From Eubacteriales bacterium (lineage in GTDB: Bacteria; Bacillota; Clostridia; Oscillospirales; CAG-272): a stretch of DNA of 64,000 nt. Each line of letters opens with the position of its first letter. Positions within the stretch are counted from its first letter, which is position 1. Both the position numbers and the translations under genes were made by a program. The notes under the pieces were generated by a model. That model was not told where the DNA came from. It made no database searches and worked only from the letters and a program-made list of their open reading frames with translations. This document shows positions 37,799 to 48,109 of this stretch, in pieces. The stretch is taken from NCBI GenBank assembly GCA_045580165.1, contig JAZNNG010000046.1, positions 831-64,830 of the forward strand. The letters run 5' to 3'.

Positions 37799-38047
37799 AT
37801 GGAATTGTTAGAAATTCAAAAAAAGCAAAAAATGACAGAGGTCATGAAGATAATACGTAAGGAATTGATAAAGGGCAAGGATTATTATAAAAATTATATT
37901 GCGCCCGATATTCCGGAAAAAGTATTAAATAAGCTTGTAAACAACTTTGACCGCAATTTGGACAAGGAAAGCGTTATTGCTTTTTTCGATAATACGATTT
38001 TTGATACCTCAAACGGAGGATTACTGTTTGCCAAGGACGGCTTTTAA
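37799..38047 (+). pseudogene. truncated low-GC hypothetical gene
   Basis: RBS plus ATG, 82 aa ending abruptly after a DNT.F...GLLF..DG motif; abuts TIR remnant. Confidence 0.45.
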
Positions 38048-38063
38048 TATATATGTAATTAAA

Positions 38064-38245
38064 ACGGCTTATTTTGCATACAAGGATTCCAAACATGTTT
38101 TTCCCATTATGAGAAAATCGCAGGATGAGGGATATAATATCTGGTACGATGACGGAATTGAGCCGTGAAATGAATGGGACGATGAAATTGCAGAGCATAT
38201 TATGAAGGCAAAGTTTATGCTTGCTTTTATATTTCCGAGATATAT
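38064..38245 (+). pseudogene. TIR-domain gene remnant with in-frame stop
   Basis: YKDSKHVFPIMRKSQDEGYNIWYDDGIEP*NEWDDEIAEHI..AKFMLAFI matches the bacterial TIR pattern. Confidence 0.7.
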
Positions 38246-38372
38246 TTTTCTCGTGTCGATGCAGTTGAATTGCTCAAAAATCACACTTGCAATTTTTGTA
38301 AAGGTGTGATATACTGTTAGACGTGTAAATATGTGCCGTAGATCAAGGAAAAACGGCAGAACGGAGATAAAT

Positions 38373-39596
38373 ATGCAAATTTACGAAGAACTCGTTGCCC
38401 GCGGACTTATCGCGCAGGTAACGGATGAAAGCGAAATACGCGAGCTTATAAATAACGGAAAGGCGACCTTCTACATCGGATTTGACCCGACCGCAGACTC
38501 TCTGCACGTAGGTCACTTTATGGCTCTCTGCCTTATGAAGAGACTTCAGATGGCAGGAAACAAGCCCGTCGTTCTTCTCGGCGGCGGAACGGGCTACATC
38601 GGTGACCCCTCGGGACGTACCGATATGCGCTCTATGCTTTCCCCCGAGACCATTCGCCACAACTGCGAATGCTTCAAGCGTCAGATGGAAAGATTCATCG
38701 ACTTCGGTGAGGGCGGAGCTATCGCCGTAAACAACGCAGACTGGCTCCTTAAGCTCAACTACGTTGACCTTCTCCGAGAGGTAGGCGCTTGCTTCTCTGT
38801 AAACAATATGCTCAGAGCAGAGTGCTATAAGCAGAGAATGGAAAAGGGACTTTCCTTCCTCGAATTCAACTATATGATAATGCAGTCCTACGACTTCTAT
38901 CATCTGTTCAAGGAATACAACTGTAATATGCAGTTCGGCGGTGACGACCAGTGGTCGAATATGCTCGGCGGTACTGAGCTTATCAGAAAGAAGCTCGGCA
39001 AGGACGCTTACGCTATGACCATAACCCTTCTCCTCAACTCCGAGGGCAAGAAGATGGGTAAGACCGCAAACGGTGCGGTATGGCTTGACCCGAATAAGAC
39101 CTCTCCCTTCGAGTTCTACCAGTATTGGAGAAACGTGGGAGATGCCGACGTTCTCAAGTGTATCCGTATGCTTACGTTTATTCCCGTTGAGGAAATAGAT
39201 AAGATGGACGCGTGGGAGGGCGCACAGCTCAACGAGGCTAAGGACATCCTCGCATACGAGCTTACAGCTCTCGTTCACGGCAACGAGGAAGCAGACAAGG
39301 CAAGAGCCGCATCCAAGGCACTCTTCGGCGGAAGCGGCGACGACGCCAATATGCCGACCGTAAGCCTTGGCGCAGACAAGCTTGTTGACGGCGCTATCAA
39401 TATTATGGATCTTCTCGTAGCGGCAGAGATCGTGCCCTCCAAGAGCGAGGCGCGCAGACTTATAACACAGGGCGGTCTGTGCATTGACGACGAAAAGATA
39501 TGTGACCTCGGCTTTGCGGTAACCTCTGCAATGCTTGAGACCGGTATAAAGGTCCGTAAGGGCAAAAAGGCATTCTACAAGGTGCTTCTCGGTTAA
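38373..39596 (+). CDS. tyrS: tyrosine--tRNA ligase
   Basis: [27 protein letters not shown]-terminal S4 domain. Confidence 0.97.
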   Translation: MQIYEELVARGLIAQVTDESEIRELINNGKATFYIGFDPTADSLHVGHFMALCLMKRLQMAGNKPVVLLGGGTGYIGDPSGRTDMRSMLSPETIRHNCECFKRQMERFIDFGEGGAIAVNNADWLLKLNYVDLLREVGACFSVNNMLRAECYKQRMEKGLSFLEFNYMIMQSYDFYHLFKEYNCNMQFGGDDQWSNMLGGTELIRKKLGKDAYAMTITLLLNSEGKKMGKTANGAVWLDPNKTSPFEFYQYWRNVGDADVLKCIRMLTFIPVEEIDKMDAWEGAQLNEAKDILAYELTALVHGNEEADKARAASKALFGGSGDDANMPTVSLGADKLVDGAINIMDLLVAAEIVPSKSEARRLITQGGLCIDDEKICDLGFAVTSAMLETGIKVRKGKKAFYKVLLG

Positions 39597-39605
39597 TAAA
39601 ATAAG

Positions 39606-39638
39606 AAAAGCTTCACGGAAATTCCGCGAAGCTTTTTT
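39606..39638 (+). terminator. intrinsic terminator
   Basis: aaaagcttcacgga-aat-tccgcgaagctttttt. Confidence 0.75.
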
Positions 39639-39681
39639 GTATTAAAGGGAAAATCAAGGGAGGCGAAACGTCTCCCTTTCT

Positions 39682-40041
39682 TCATTTTTTAAAATTCTTT
39701 ATTGCCTCGAAGGCTTCGTCGCTGATGTCGTGCTCTATCTTGCACGCATCCTCAGCGGCGGTTTCGGGCGTGACACCGAGAGCAACCAAAAAATCCGTGA
39801 TTATCGTGTGACGCTCGTATATCTTTTCGGCGACCTCAAGTCCTGCCTCGGTCAGAGTAAGTCCGCCGCCGTCGTCAACGCTGACGTAGCCGCCCGACTT
39901 TAACAGTCCGATAGCGCGGCTGACACTCGGCTTTGAGTAGCCGATGTACTCAACGACGTCGATAGACCTGACCGAGCTGAGCTTTTTTGACAGAACGTAT
40001 ATGGTTTCGAGATACATCTCGCCGGATTCCTGTAAATGCAT
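39682..40041 (-). CDS. DtxR/MntR family metal-dependent regulator
   Basis: EMYLETIY, SKPSVSRA, YERH, AAEDACKIEH. Confidence 0.92.
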   Translation of the reverse strand: MHLQESGEMYLETIYVLSKKLSSVRSIDVVEYIGYSKPSVSRAIGLLKSGGYVSVDDGGGLTLTEAGLEVAEKIYERHTIITDFLVALGVTPETAAEDACKIEHDISDEAFEAIKNFKK

Positions 40042-40100
40042 ACTGACCTCCGAGTTTTCGTGTGACGTTAAGTATATTGTACCATTCAAATGTTAATAAT

Positions 40101-40979
40101 TCAAGCCTTGCGAGAGGGAAGCTCGCTGACAAACGCCGCGCCGAGAATAAGCAGCGCGCCGACAATAGCCGCAGGGGTGATGGGCTCGCGCAAGAAAAGC
40201 GCGGAGAGGATTATCGCGGTAACGGGGTCGATGTAACTCATAATGGCGATAGTCTGTGCTCTGAGATTTCCCATAGAGCCGAAGTAGAGGAAATAAGCAA
40301 TGCCCGTGTGTACTACGGCTACAATGCCGAGTAAGACGGCTCCTCTTGTGTCGAGCGTGAGCTCGGTAACTTCTTGTGTTAAGAGTATGTATGGAAAAAT
40401 TGTGATCGCGGCAGAGAAGAGCTGGATAACAGTCTTTGTGTAAGAATCAATACCGCCGAGCTTTTTGTTGATGAGAACGATAGAGGAGTATACGAACGCC
40501 GCGCCGAGTCCGAGGAGAACGCCGCGAAGCTCCGAGATGGATGTGATACCCGACTCGGTAATACCCGAAACGAACACCATACCGACAAGAGCGAGAGCAA
40601 CACAGATGCCGCGGCGAAGATTTATGCGTTCCTTAAAAAGAAAAGCGGACGCTATGATAACGAAGGTCGGCTCCATATAGTAACAAAGGGTAGATACCGC
40701 CACCGTTGTGTAGTTGTAGGATTCGAACAGAAGTATCCAGTTAATGCCGATAAGCGCGCCCGAAATAAAGATGGGAATAAGACGTCCGCGCGCACCCGAA
40801 AAGGAGAGCTTTTTGCGCGAAACGAGGGCGATAACAAGAAGAAAAATCGTACCGATGACACCGCGCACGAACGCGATAACGCTTGACGGCAGAGGTATGT
40901 ATTTAACGAAGATACCGATGGTGCCGAAAATGAGCATAGACGATATCAGCTTAATTTTAGATACTGATGAAGGTGACAT
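40101..40979 (-). CDS. EamA/DMT family transporter
   Basis: 10 TM, two EamA repeats. Confidence 0.9.
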   Translation of the reverse strand: MSPSSVSKIKLISSMLIFGTIGIFVKYIPLPSSVIAFVRGVIGTIFLLVIALVSRKKLSFSGARGRLIPIFISGALIGINWILLFESYNYTTVAVSTLCYYMEPTFVIIASAFLFKERINLRRGICVALALVGMVFVSGITESGITSISELRGVLLGLGAAFVYSSIVLINKKLGGIDSYTKTVIQLFSAAITIFPYILLTQEVTELTLDTRGAVLLGIVAVVHTGIAYFLYFGSMGNLRAQTIAIMSYIDPVTAIILSALFLREPITPAAIVGALLILGAAFVSELPSRKA

Positions 40980-41089
40980 AATTTTTATCCTTTTAGAAAT
41001 AATAAGAGCAGATACTTATAGAATTGTAGCACAATAAGCTGATTATTGCAAGAGCCGACAAAAAAGATATAAAAATATGAAAAAAAGTA

Positions 41090-41118
41090 TTGACAAACAA
41101 AAAAATGTTTAGTATAAT
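41090..41118 (+). promoter_or_regulatory. sigma-A promoter of tRNA-Leu/Ser
   Basis: TTGACA-17-TATAAT. Confidence 0.9.
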
Positions 41119-41134
41119 GAAAAGGCTGTTTTAT

Positions 41135-41218
41135 GCGGAAGTGGCGGAACTGGCAGACGCGCACGTTTGAGGGGCGTGTGGTTTTACCATACGGGTTCAA
41201 GTCCCGTCTTCCGCACCA
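41135..41218 (+). tRNA. tRNA-Leu(GAG)
   Basis: GCGGAAG acceptor, TT-GAG-GG loop, variable arm, GGTTCAAGTCC, CCA. Confidence 0.95.
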
Positions 41219-41225
41219 ACAGTTT

Positions 41226-41316
41226 GGAGAAGTCGCGTAGCTGGTCGAGCGCGCACGATTGGAAATCGTGTAACCCTTAACGGGGTTCGAGAGTTCGAAT
41301 CTCTCCTTCTCCGCCA
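41226..41316 (+). tRNA. tRNA-Ser(GGA)
   Basis: GGAGAAG acceptor, TT-GGA-AA loop, long variable arm, GTTCGAATC, CCA. Confidence 0.95.
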
Positions 41317-41560
41317 CGAAAAAAAGGCACCCGCTTAGGTGCCTTTTTTCGTGGCTTTGAAAAGATTCGAACTTGAGAACCCGAAGGGTGAGAGAGGGAG
41401 CGGACAGGAGCGCCGCCGGTGGCGGAAGAAGCGAGTGGGAGCGAGAGACAAAACAAGGAGAATTGCGCCGAGGTAGGCGCAAGGCGACTATGTTTTGTCA
41501 GTGCAAGCGGCGAAGCCGCGCGAAAAAATCTCTCCTTCTCCGCCACGAAAAGATTCGAAC
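41317..41560 (+). repeat. tRNA-Ser-anchored element bounded by a 25-bp direct repeat of the tRNA 3' end
   Basis: aatctctccttctccgccacgaaaa at 41298-41322 and 41527-41551; inverted T-arm copies aaagattcgaac; core cgccggtggcg. Confidence 0.75.
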
Positions 41561-41611
41561 AGCGCGGTTTGCCGCCAAAATCCGCTAAAAGCAAGGACTC
41601 TATCAGATTCT

Positions 41612-43231
41612 TTATTCGGGCAATTTGTCACAGAACATCAGAAGATTTGATGTTACTTTCTCTGCATCTGTTAACTGATGGAACGTGCCGTTTTCGTAAA
41701 GGATATCCATAACCATAAGTGCAACTTCTCTGTCAACAAATCCGACAACGCTCCAATGCATTACATAATCTCGCATCTGCGGTGGATAATCATTTGAGAT
41801 AAGCATTGCTTCTTCAAGCCCATAATTGGCGAACATTTGCTTGAACTCTTCGCCAAGAGACGGTATCCTTTTGAAAAACTCATCAGGATCATCGCGTATA
41901 ATCATAATGTTTATTTTGTTGTCATCTGTCAAAAATTCACGTTGTCTGAGACGGTCAAACTTCTCCTTGTTAGCAGGGGAGTCGTCTATTGTACCTGTCA
42001 ATAATTCATATAAATATTCGTAATCACACGCAAGATTATTTTTCCATTTGCCCTTACGGGAGGAATAGCGTGTGTCTATTGACCATGAATATACACACGG
42101 GTATTTTTCAGACCAACGATTCATATTACCGACAGCCCAATACGACGGATATGATTGAGGTGGAACGTAATCCGGATCGCTGGGGGTTGCAGGAATATCA
42201 ACCGAAGCCGTGTATTTTCCGCCGTCTAAGGTCTTGATTTCATATTTCGAAAGGTCTGTTTCAAGTTCAATGGTACATTTATTTGAGATTGCATAGAATA
42301 TTACAGCTGCTTCGAACAGTTCTTTGTTTTCGCTGGGGATATATACATCCTCAAAATCTTTAACTGCTTTTCTTACTATCGGTACATATTCACGTGTCAA
42401 TATCTTGGCGATCTCCATTTTCTTTTCCTTTTGCTTGTTTTCGCGTTCAAGTGAATACGTTTCGGGATTGAAATGTACATACGTTGTAAAACGATCTGCG
42501 CTTTTTCTCACCAAAAAACCGTTGTTTTCAAGCTCCCTGACTGCATCCTCAATATAAACCGGTGTTACTCCCAATTCCTGTGCAATCTCTATTATAGTTT
42601 TAGGGGAATGATAAACACTGTACACAATATTAAGGTTCAACTTATTATTTAAATAATACTCCGGTCCTCCGTTTCGGCCGGGATTTCCGCAGTGACCAAT
42701 ACCAAGTGCTTCTATAGGCTTTATGCCAAGATTTCCAATTTTTCTTTCCATTGTAAAACCCTCCTTTAATTCATTACGAGCTTTGTTAAGATGCCATTTA
42801 ACTGTCCCTTCGGGGATATCCATTTCTTTGGCAATTTGAGAAATAGATTTGCTTTCGTAATAAAATGAATAAATGATTTTACGCCTTGTTTGCGTTAGAA
42901 AAGCGATTTCACGCCGCAACAAATCAAGTTCTTCGTTGGGAGATTCGTCTAATATCGGAGTATAGTCGGGAATATCCATTCCATCTATCGAAACTCCTTC
43001 TGACTTTTTCTTAGAGGAAACGAATTTCGAGTAAACGTGCTCGGAAATTCTCCAAACGTATCCGTCTATGTTGTATATCTCCTTTGCCGAAAGCAACGAC
43101 AAATAAACCTCTGCAACAATATCGGAACTTAGTTCCTCTGCTTCCTCGTAAGAGAAGGACTTTTTTACCGCAAAGCCGTAAATTTTAGGCAGATATTTGA
43201 TTATCAATTCATCTGCTTTTTGCTTTTTCAT
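41612..43231 (-). CDS. ECF-type sigma-70 factor with ~380-aa C-terminal extension
   Basis: Region 2 (EAEELSSDI...YVWRI) and region 4 (SISQIAKEMDIPEGTVKWHLNKAR); low GC. Confidence 0.85.
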   Translation of the reverse strand: MKKQKADELIIKYLPKIYGFAVKKSFSYEEAEELSSDIVAEVYLSLLSAKEIYNIDGYVWRISEHVYSKFVSSKKKSEGVSIDGMDIPDYTPILDESPNEELDLLRREIAFLTQTRRKIIYSFYYESKSISQIAKEMDIPEGTVKWHLNKARNELKEGFTMERKIGNLGIKPIEALGIGHCGNPGRNGGPEYYLNNKLNLNIVYSVYHSPKTIIEIAQELGVTPVYIEDAVRELENNGFLVRKSADRFTTYVHFNPETYSLERENKQKEKKMEIAKILTREYVPIVRKAVKDFEDVYIPSENKELFEAAVIFYAISNKCTIELETDLSKYEIKTLDGGKYTASVDIPATPSDPDYVPPQSYPSYWAVGNMNRWSEKYPCVYSWSIDTRYSSRKGKWKNNLACDYEYLYELLTGTIDDSPANKEKFDRLRQREFLTDDNKINIMIIRDDPDEFFKRIPSLGEEFKQMFANYGLEEAMLISNDYPPQMRDYVMHWSVVGFVDREVALMVMDILYENGTFHQLTDAEKVTSNLLMFCDKLPE

Positions 43232-43711
43232 TTTAGTTACCTCGGTACTGTTTGTCTATATAGTGGAAAGGAATGAAAAAAGGTTGGTGCTTTTCAAAAA
43301 ATTATAGCACAATGGTTTGAAAATGTCCATCTTTCGTATTAAGAGCTCAACCTATATTATAAAATTCTCTCCAAATGGTTAAATATATTGGCTCATAATA
43401 AAAAGCTTGCTTTGAAAGAGTTTGGTTAGTTTCTTTCCACCGCTATTGTAGTAACTATCCTAGAGAGCTTTTTGGATAAACGGGTTTGGATTGATTTTGT
43501 GTTTTCAGTCAGTATGTTCTACTCTCACAAAGCTCAATGTTATCGCACATTTATTCACATTTTTGCAAAAATATTCAAAAAATATTGATTTTTATACCGC
43601 ATTTGTGATATAATAAAAAATAACTTATACCGATTATAGGTATAGAAATTGGAAAATGCGGCGTTTGTACCCATATCAAGCAAAGGCGTGTTTTTCACAG
43701 GAGGTTTTTAT

Positions 43712-45277
43712 ATGAACGGAAATACTTTACAGATACTGATAGCGATGGTCATTTATATGACTGCCGTTATACTTATCGGTGTCTTTTATGCAAAGAGAGC
43801 AAACAAGAGCTCCGAGGAATATTACCTCGGCGGACGTTCGCTCGGACCTTGGGTCACCGCAATGAGCGCGGAAGCATCTGATATGAGTGGATGGCTTCTT
43901 ATGGGACTTCCCGGTGTTGCCTACTGGTGCGGTCTTGCCGACGCGGCTTGGACGTCTATCGGTCTTGCTATCGGTACATACTTCAACTGGCTTATAGTTT
44001 CAAAGAGACTTCGCAGATACAGTGTAAGAGCCAACAACTCTATCACGCTTCCCGAATTCTTCTCCAACAGATTCCGCGAAAAGAAGAAGCTCATTATGTT
44101 TATCGCGGCTGCTTTCATTCTCGTGTTCTTTACGGTTTACGCAGCAAGTTGCTTCGTAACCTGCGGTAAGCTTTTCTCGACTCTGTTCGGAATGTCGTAT
44201 CAGTCAATGATGATAGTCGGAGCTATATTCGTGCTTGTATACACTATTCTTGGTGGCTTCCTTGCCGAGAGCGTTTCGGACTTTATGCAGGCTATCGTTA
44301 TGATAATTGCTCTTACTGTAATCGTAATAATGAGCACCATAAGCGCAGGCGGTATCGGCGCGGTTATCGAAAACGCAAAGGCTATTCCCGGATTCCTTGA
44401 TTTCTTCGGTATTGCAACCCCTGTTCTTGAAGAGGGTGCACAGGTCGTCGAAGCGGGCAAGCCTGTATTCGGCGAAGCTTCAACATACGGTCTTCTCACT
44501 ATCTGCTCAACAATGGCTTGGGGCCTCGGCTACTTCGGTATGCCTCAGGTACTCCTTCGCTTTATGGCTATCCGTAAGGAAGAGGAGCTTAAGCGCTCAC
44601 GCAGAATCGCAATGGTATGGGTGGTTATCTCCCTTGCGGTTGCAGTATTTATCGGTATAGTCGGACGTCAGCTCTTCCCCGTAGAGCACCTTACAAAGTC
44701 CTCGGCTGAAAACATCTTCATTACTCTTGCAACAAGCTCGCTTCCCGCAATTCTCGCAGGCTTCGTTATGGCAGGTATCCTTGCCGCAACAATAAGCTCG
44801 TCCGACTCCTATCTTCTTATCGCGGCTTCCGCGTTCTCGAAGAATATCTTCCAGGGTATTTTCAATAAGAAGGCAAGCGACAAGCAGGTAATGTGGGTGT
44901 CCCGTATTACGCTTCTCGTTCTTGCGCTTATCGGTATCGTTATCGCGCTTGACGAAAACAGCGTAATCTTCCAGATAGTTTCTTTTGCTTGGGCAGGCTT
45001 CGGTGCAACGTTCGGCCCGATAATGCTCTTCTCGCTCTTCTGGAAGCGTACGACCAGAGCAGGTGCTATCGCAGGTATGGTAAGCGGCGGCGCAATGGTA
45101 TTCATCTGGAAGCTTGTAATAAGCAAGCTTGGCGGTGTGTTCGCAATCTACGAGCTTCTCCCCGCATTCATCATTTCGTGCATCTTCATAGTTGTCGTAT
45201 CGCTTCTCACAAAGGCTCCCTCCAAGGAAATCCTTGAAGACTTTGAAGCAGTACGCACAGGCAAGGTTGAAGCATAA
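43712..45277 (+). CDS. putP: sodium/proline symporter
   Basis: YLGGRSLGPWVTAMSAEASDMSGWLLMGLPG, WGLGYFG.P, SFAWAGFG. Confidence 0.9.
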   Translation: MNGNTLQILIAMVIYMTAVILIGVFYAKRANKSSEEYYLGGRSLGPWVTAMSAEASDMSGWLLMGLPGVAYWCGLADAAWTSIGLAIGTYFNWLIVSKRLRRYSVRANNSITLPEFFSNRFREKKKLIMFIAAAFILVFFTVYAASCFVTCGKLFSTLFGMSYQSMMIVGAIFVLVYTILGGFLAESVSDFMQAIVMIIALTVIVIMSTISAGGIGAVIENAKAIPGFLDFFGIATPVLEEGAQVVEAGKPVFGEASTYGLLTICSTMAWGLGYFGMPQVLLRFMAIRKEEELKRSRRIAMVWVVISLAVAVFIGIVGRQLFPVEHLTKSSAENIFITLATSSLPAILAGFVMAGILAATISSSDSYLLIAASAFSKNIFQGIFNKKASDKQVMWVSRITLLVLALIGIVIALDENSVIFQIVSFAWAGFGATFGPIMLFSLFWKRTTRAGAIAGMVSGGAMVFIWKLVISKLGGVFAIYELLPAFIISCIFIVVVSLLTKAPSKEILEDFEAVRTGKVEA

Positions 45278-45287
45278 AAGAATAATT

Positions 45288-45321
45288 AAAAGACCGCAGA
45301 GGAAGCTCTGCGGTCTTTTTT
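45288..45321 (+). terminator. intrinsic terminator
   Basis: aaaagaccgcagag-gaag-ctctgcggtctttttt. Confidence 0.85.
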
Positions 45322-45337
45322 GCATATACAGACAAAA

Positions 45338-45420
45338 GGGTATGGGTTGAGATTTAAACTACCACAATACCTCACGCGCGTATGGAAGTTTTTGTGCCAC
45401 TTTTTTCAAAAAGTGGCAAA
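45338..45420 (-). repeat. dispersed copy of the 126-bp repeat family
   Basis: gggtatgggttgagatt...cacgcgcgt...aagtttttgtgccacttttttcaaaaagtggcaaa resembles the reverse complement of the units at 58451-58931. Confidence 0.75.
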
Positions 45421-45455
45421 GCACCGTAAAAAAGGCACGCCTTTGGGTGCTTTTT

Positions 45456-46373
45456 TTACTTTATATCGTTAAGATCGTACGGTGTTGTCTGATAGAGGAA
45501 GTAGTTTATCCAGTTGGAGTAGAGAAGGTTTGCGTGCGAGCGCCAGGTTACCAGCGGCTCCTTCGTGTCGTCATCATTCGGGAAGTAGTTTTTCGGAATC
45601 TCTATCTCACGGCCGAGGTCGCGGTCACGCACGTATTCCTTTCTGAGAGTGCCTGCATCGTACTCTGAATGACCCGTGATGAATATCTGCTTTCCGTTGT
45701 CGTTTGAAACGGCGTACACTCCCGCCTCGTCCGAGAGGGCGAGGATCTTGAGCTCGGGAACCTTTCTTATGTCCTCCTCAAGCACGGTGGTGTGGCGCGA
45801 GTGGGGAACCATAAACACCTCGTCAGCGCCGCGGAAGAGTATCGAGCCCGTGTGCACCACCTTGTGCGGGAAGATACCGAACATTTTCTTGTCAAGCGGA
45901 TACTTTTTGATGCCGTAGTGGTAGTAAAGACCTGCCTGCGCACCCCAACAGATGTGGAAGGTGCTGTGAACGTGCGACTTTGACCACTCCATTATCTCGC
46001 AAAGCTCATCCCAGTATTCGACATCTTCAAACTCAAGCTGCTCAACGGGGGCGCCCGTGATTATCATTCCGTCAAAATTCTGCGACTTTACGTCGTCGAA
46101 ATACTTGTAGAACGAGAGAAGATGCTCTGCAGGGGTGTTCTTTGACTTGTGCGTGCGCGTGTGAATAAGCTCTATCTCTACCTGAAGCGGAGTGTTACTG
46201 AGCAAGCGCACGAGCTGAGTTTCGGTGTCGATTTTTGTCGGCATAAGGTTGAGAATGAGTATTCTCAAGGGACGGATGTCCTGACCCGATGCTCTTGTTT
46301 CGGTCATAACGAATATGTTTTCGTCGGTTAAGGTTTTATATGCCGGAAGCTCGTTTGGTATCTTTATGGGCAT
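45456..46373 (-). CDS. metA: homoserine O-acyltransferase MetA (acetyl-type predicted)
   Basis: LNLMP, ITGAPVE (Glu at specificity position), ICWGAQA, HSRH, GHSEYD. Confidence 0.95.
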   Translation of the reverse strand: MPIKIPNELPAYKTLTDENIFVMTETRASGQDIRPLRILILNLMPTKIDTETQLVRLLSNTPLQVEIELIHTRTHKSKNTPAEHLLSFYKYFDDVKSQNFDGMIITGAPVEQLEFEDVEYWDELCEIMEWSKSHVHSTFHICWGAQAGLYYHYGIKKYPLDKKMFGIFPHKVVHTGSILFRGADEVFMVPHSRHTTVLEEDIRKVPELKILALSDEAGVYAVSNDNGKQIFITGHSEYDAGTLRKEYVRDRDLGREIEIPKNYFPNDDDTKEPLVTWRSHANLLYSNWINYFLYQTTPYDLNDIK

Positions 46374-46405
46374 ATTTTTCTCCGTTCTGCCGCGAAGACG
46401 GCGGA

Positions 46406-47689
46406 TTAGTCTATTGAATCAAGGGCGTTTGCGATGTCGCCGATAAGGTCGTCTGCGTTCTCAAGTCCGAACGACATACGAATGAGGTCGGGACCGACAC
46501 CTGCGGCTCTGAGCTCGTCGTCGTTCATCTGTCTGTGGGTAGCGCTTGCAGGATGCAAGCAGCAGCTTCTCGCGTCGGCAACGTGTGTTTCGATTGCGAT
46601 GAGCTTAAGCTCCTTCATAAACCTTTCAGCCGCCTTGCGTCCGCCCTTCACACCGAAGCTTACAACGCCGCACGAGCCGTTCGGAAGATACTTCTTCGCA
46701 AGCTCGTGGTTTCTGTCGGATTCGAGGTCGGCGTAGGTTACCCACGCAACCTTTTCGTGTGCTTCAAGGAATTTTGCGATCTTGAGCGCGGTCTCACAAT
46801 GACGCTTCATTCTGAGGTGGAGGCTTTCAAGACCGAGGTTTATATAGAACGCGCTCTGAGGCGACTGCGTGCATCCGAAGTCACGCATAAGCTGCGCTGT
46901 TGCCTTTGTTATAAACGCGCCTGCAAGACCGAAGCGCTCGGTGTAGGTAACGCCGTGATAGCTATCGTCGGGAGTGCAGAGACCGGGGAACTTGTCGGGG
47001 TACTTGGTCCAGTCAAACTTACCGCCGTCAACGATGCAGCCGCCGACAGTCGAGCCGTGACCGTCTATGTACTTTGTTGTGGAGTGGGTAACGATGTCAG
47101 CGCCCCACTCGATAGGACGGCAGTTGATTGGGGTTGCAAAGGTGTTGTCGATGATAAGCGGAACGCCGTGCGCGTGAGCAACGTTCGCAAAAAGCTCAAT
47201 GTCAAGTACAGAGAGCGCGGGGTTAGCGATGGTCTCGCCGAACACCGCCTTGGTGTTGGGCTTGAACGCCGCGTTAAGCTCGTCCTCTGTTGCGTAGGGG
47301 GATACGAAGGTAAAGTCGATACCCATCTTCTTCATTGTAACGGCGAAGAGGTTATAGGTGCCGCCGTAAATTGCGGACGAGCATACAACGTGGTCGCCGC
47401 AGTTTGCGATGTTGAATATTGCGAACATATTAGCCGCCTGACCGGACGAGGTGAGCATAGCGGCAGTACCGCCCTCAAGCTCGCATATCTTTGCCGCAAC
47501 GTAGTCGCAGGTGGGATTCTGCAGGCGCGAATAGAAGTATCCGCTTGCCTCAAGGTCGAAGAGCTTGCCCATATCCTCGCTCGTATCGTATTTGAAGGTC
47601 GTGCTCTGAATTATCGGTATCTGACGGGGCTCGCCGTTATGGGGAGTATATCCGCCCTGTATGCATTTGGTTTCGATGTTTGTACTCAT
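46406..47689 (-). CDS. metY: O-acetylhomoserine sulfhydrylase
   Basis: [27 protein letters not shown] (PLP Lys), HPASATH. Confidence 0.92.
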   Translation of the reverse strand: MSTNIETKCIQGGYTPHNGEPRQIPIIQSTTFKYDTSEDMGKLFDLEASGYFYSRLQNPTCDYVAAKICELEGGTAAMLTSSGQAANMFAIFNIANCGDHVVCSSAIYGGTYNLFAVTMKKMGIDFTFVSPYATEDELNAAFKPNTKAVFGETIANPALSVLDIELFANVAHAHGVPLIIDNTFATPINCRPIEWGADIVTHSTTKYIDGHGSTVGGCIVDGGKFDWTKYPDKFPGLCTPDDSYHGVTYTERFGLAGAFITKATAQLMRDFGCTQSPQSAFYINLGLESLHLRMKRHCETALKIAKFLEAHEKVAWVTYADLESDRNHELAKKYLPNGSCGVVSFGVKGGRKAAERFMKELKLIAIETHVADARSCCLHPASATHRQMNDDELRAAGVGPDLIRMSFGLENADDLIGDIANALDSID

Positions 47690-47704
47690 AAAAATCCTCC
47701 GAAA

Positions 47705-47945
47705 AAATAAAACGTCTCAAAGCTCTGCCTTGAGACGAGAATAAACCCGCGGTACCACTCAAATTGCATTTAAAATGCCGCTTACGGAATCTGACAATTC
47801 CCGCCCCTTAACGCGAAGCACACGTAACGCCCTACCCCTTGCGGCTCGAACGCTCGGTTCAAAAGTCATAGACTTTGATGCCTCTGCCGTAAGCTCGCAC
47901 CTTCCGCTTACTCTCTGTGGGCGCTGACACCAAGCCCTCTTTATC
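47705..47945 (-). promoter_or_regulatory. Met-specific T-box riboswitch
   Basis: AGAGAG stem I motif, specifier ATG (47867-47869), T-box TGGTACCGCG (47748-47757), terminator cgtctcaa/ttgagacg; promoter TTGACA-17-TATAAT at 47961-47989. Confidence 0.9.
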
Positions 47946-48109
47946 ATAACCTTTTTAATAATTATATCCGCACGTCCGCGTTTTGTCAAGAATTTTTTTA
48001 AAAAACTTGAGTTTTGGGGCAAAAAACGCAAAATTCACATATATTGATTGACACCGCTTCGTCGGGTATGATAAAATGCTTATAACGAAAAACTATTTTG
48101 GACGGAATT

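Noticed and set aside
38166-38168. TGA as selenocysteine or readthrough in the TIR fragment
   Set aside because: The position corresponds to Gly, the fragment also lacks a start and degenerates downstream, so a nonsense mutation is simpler
40985-41712. ORFs overlapping tRNA-Leu/Ser and the downstream element
   Set aside because: They overlap clear tRNA genes and a non-coding repeat
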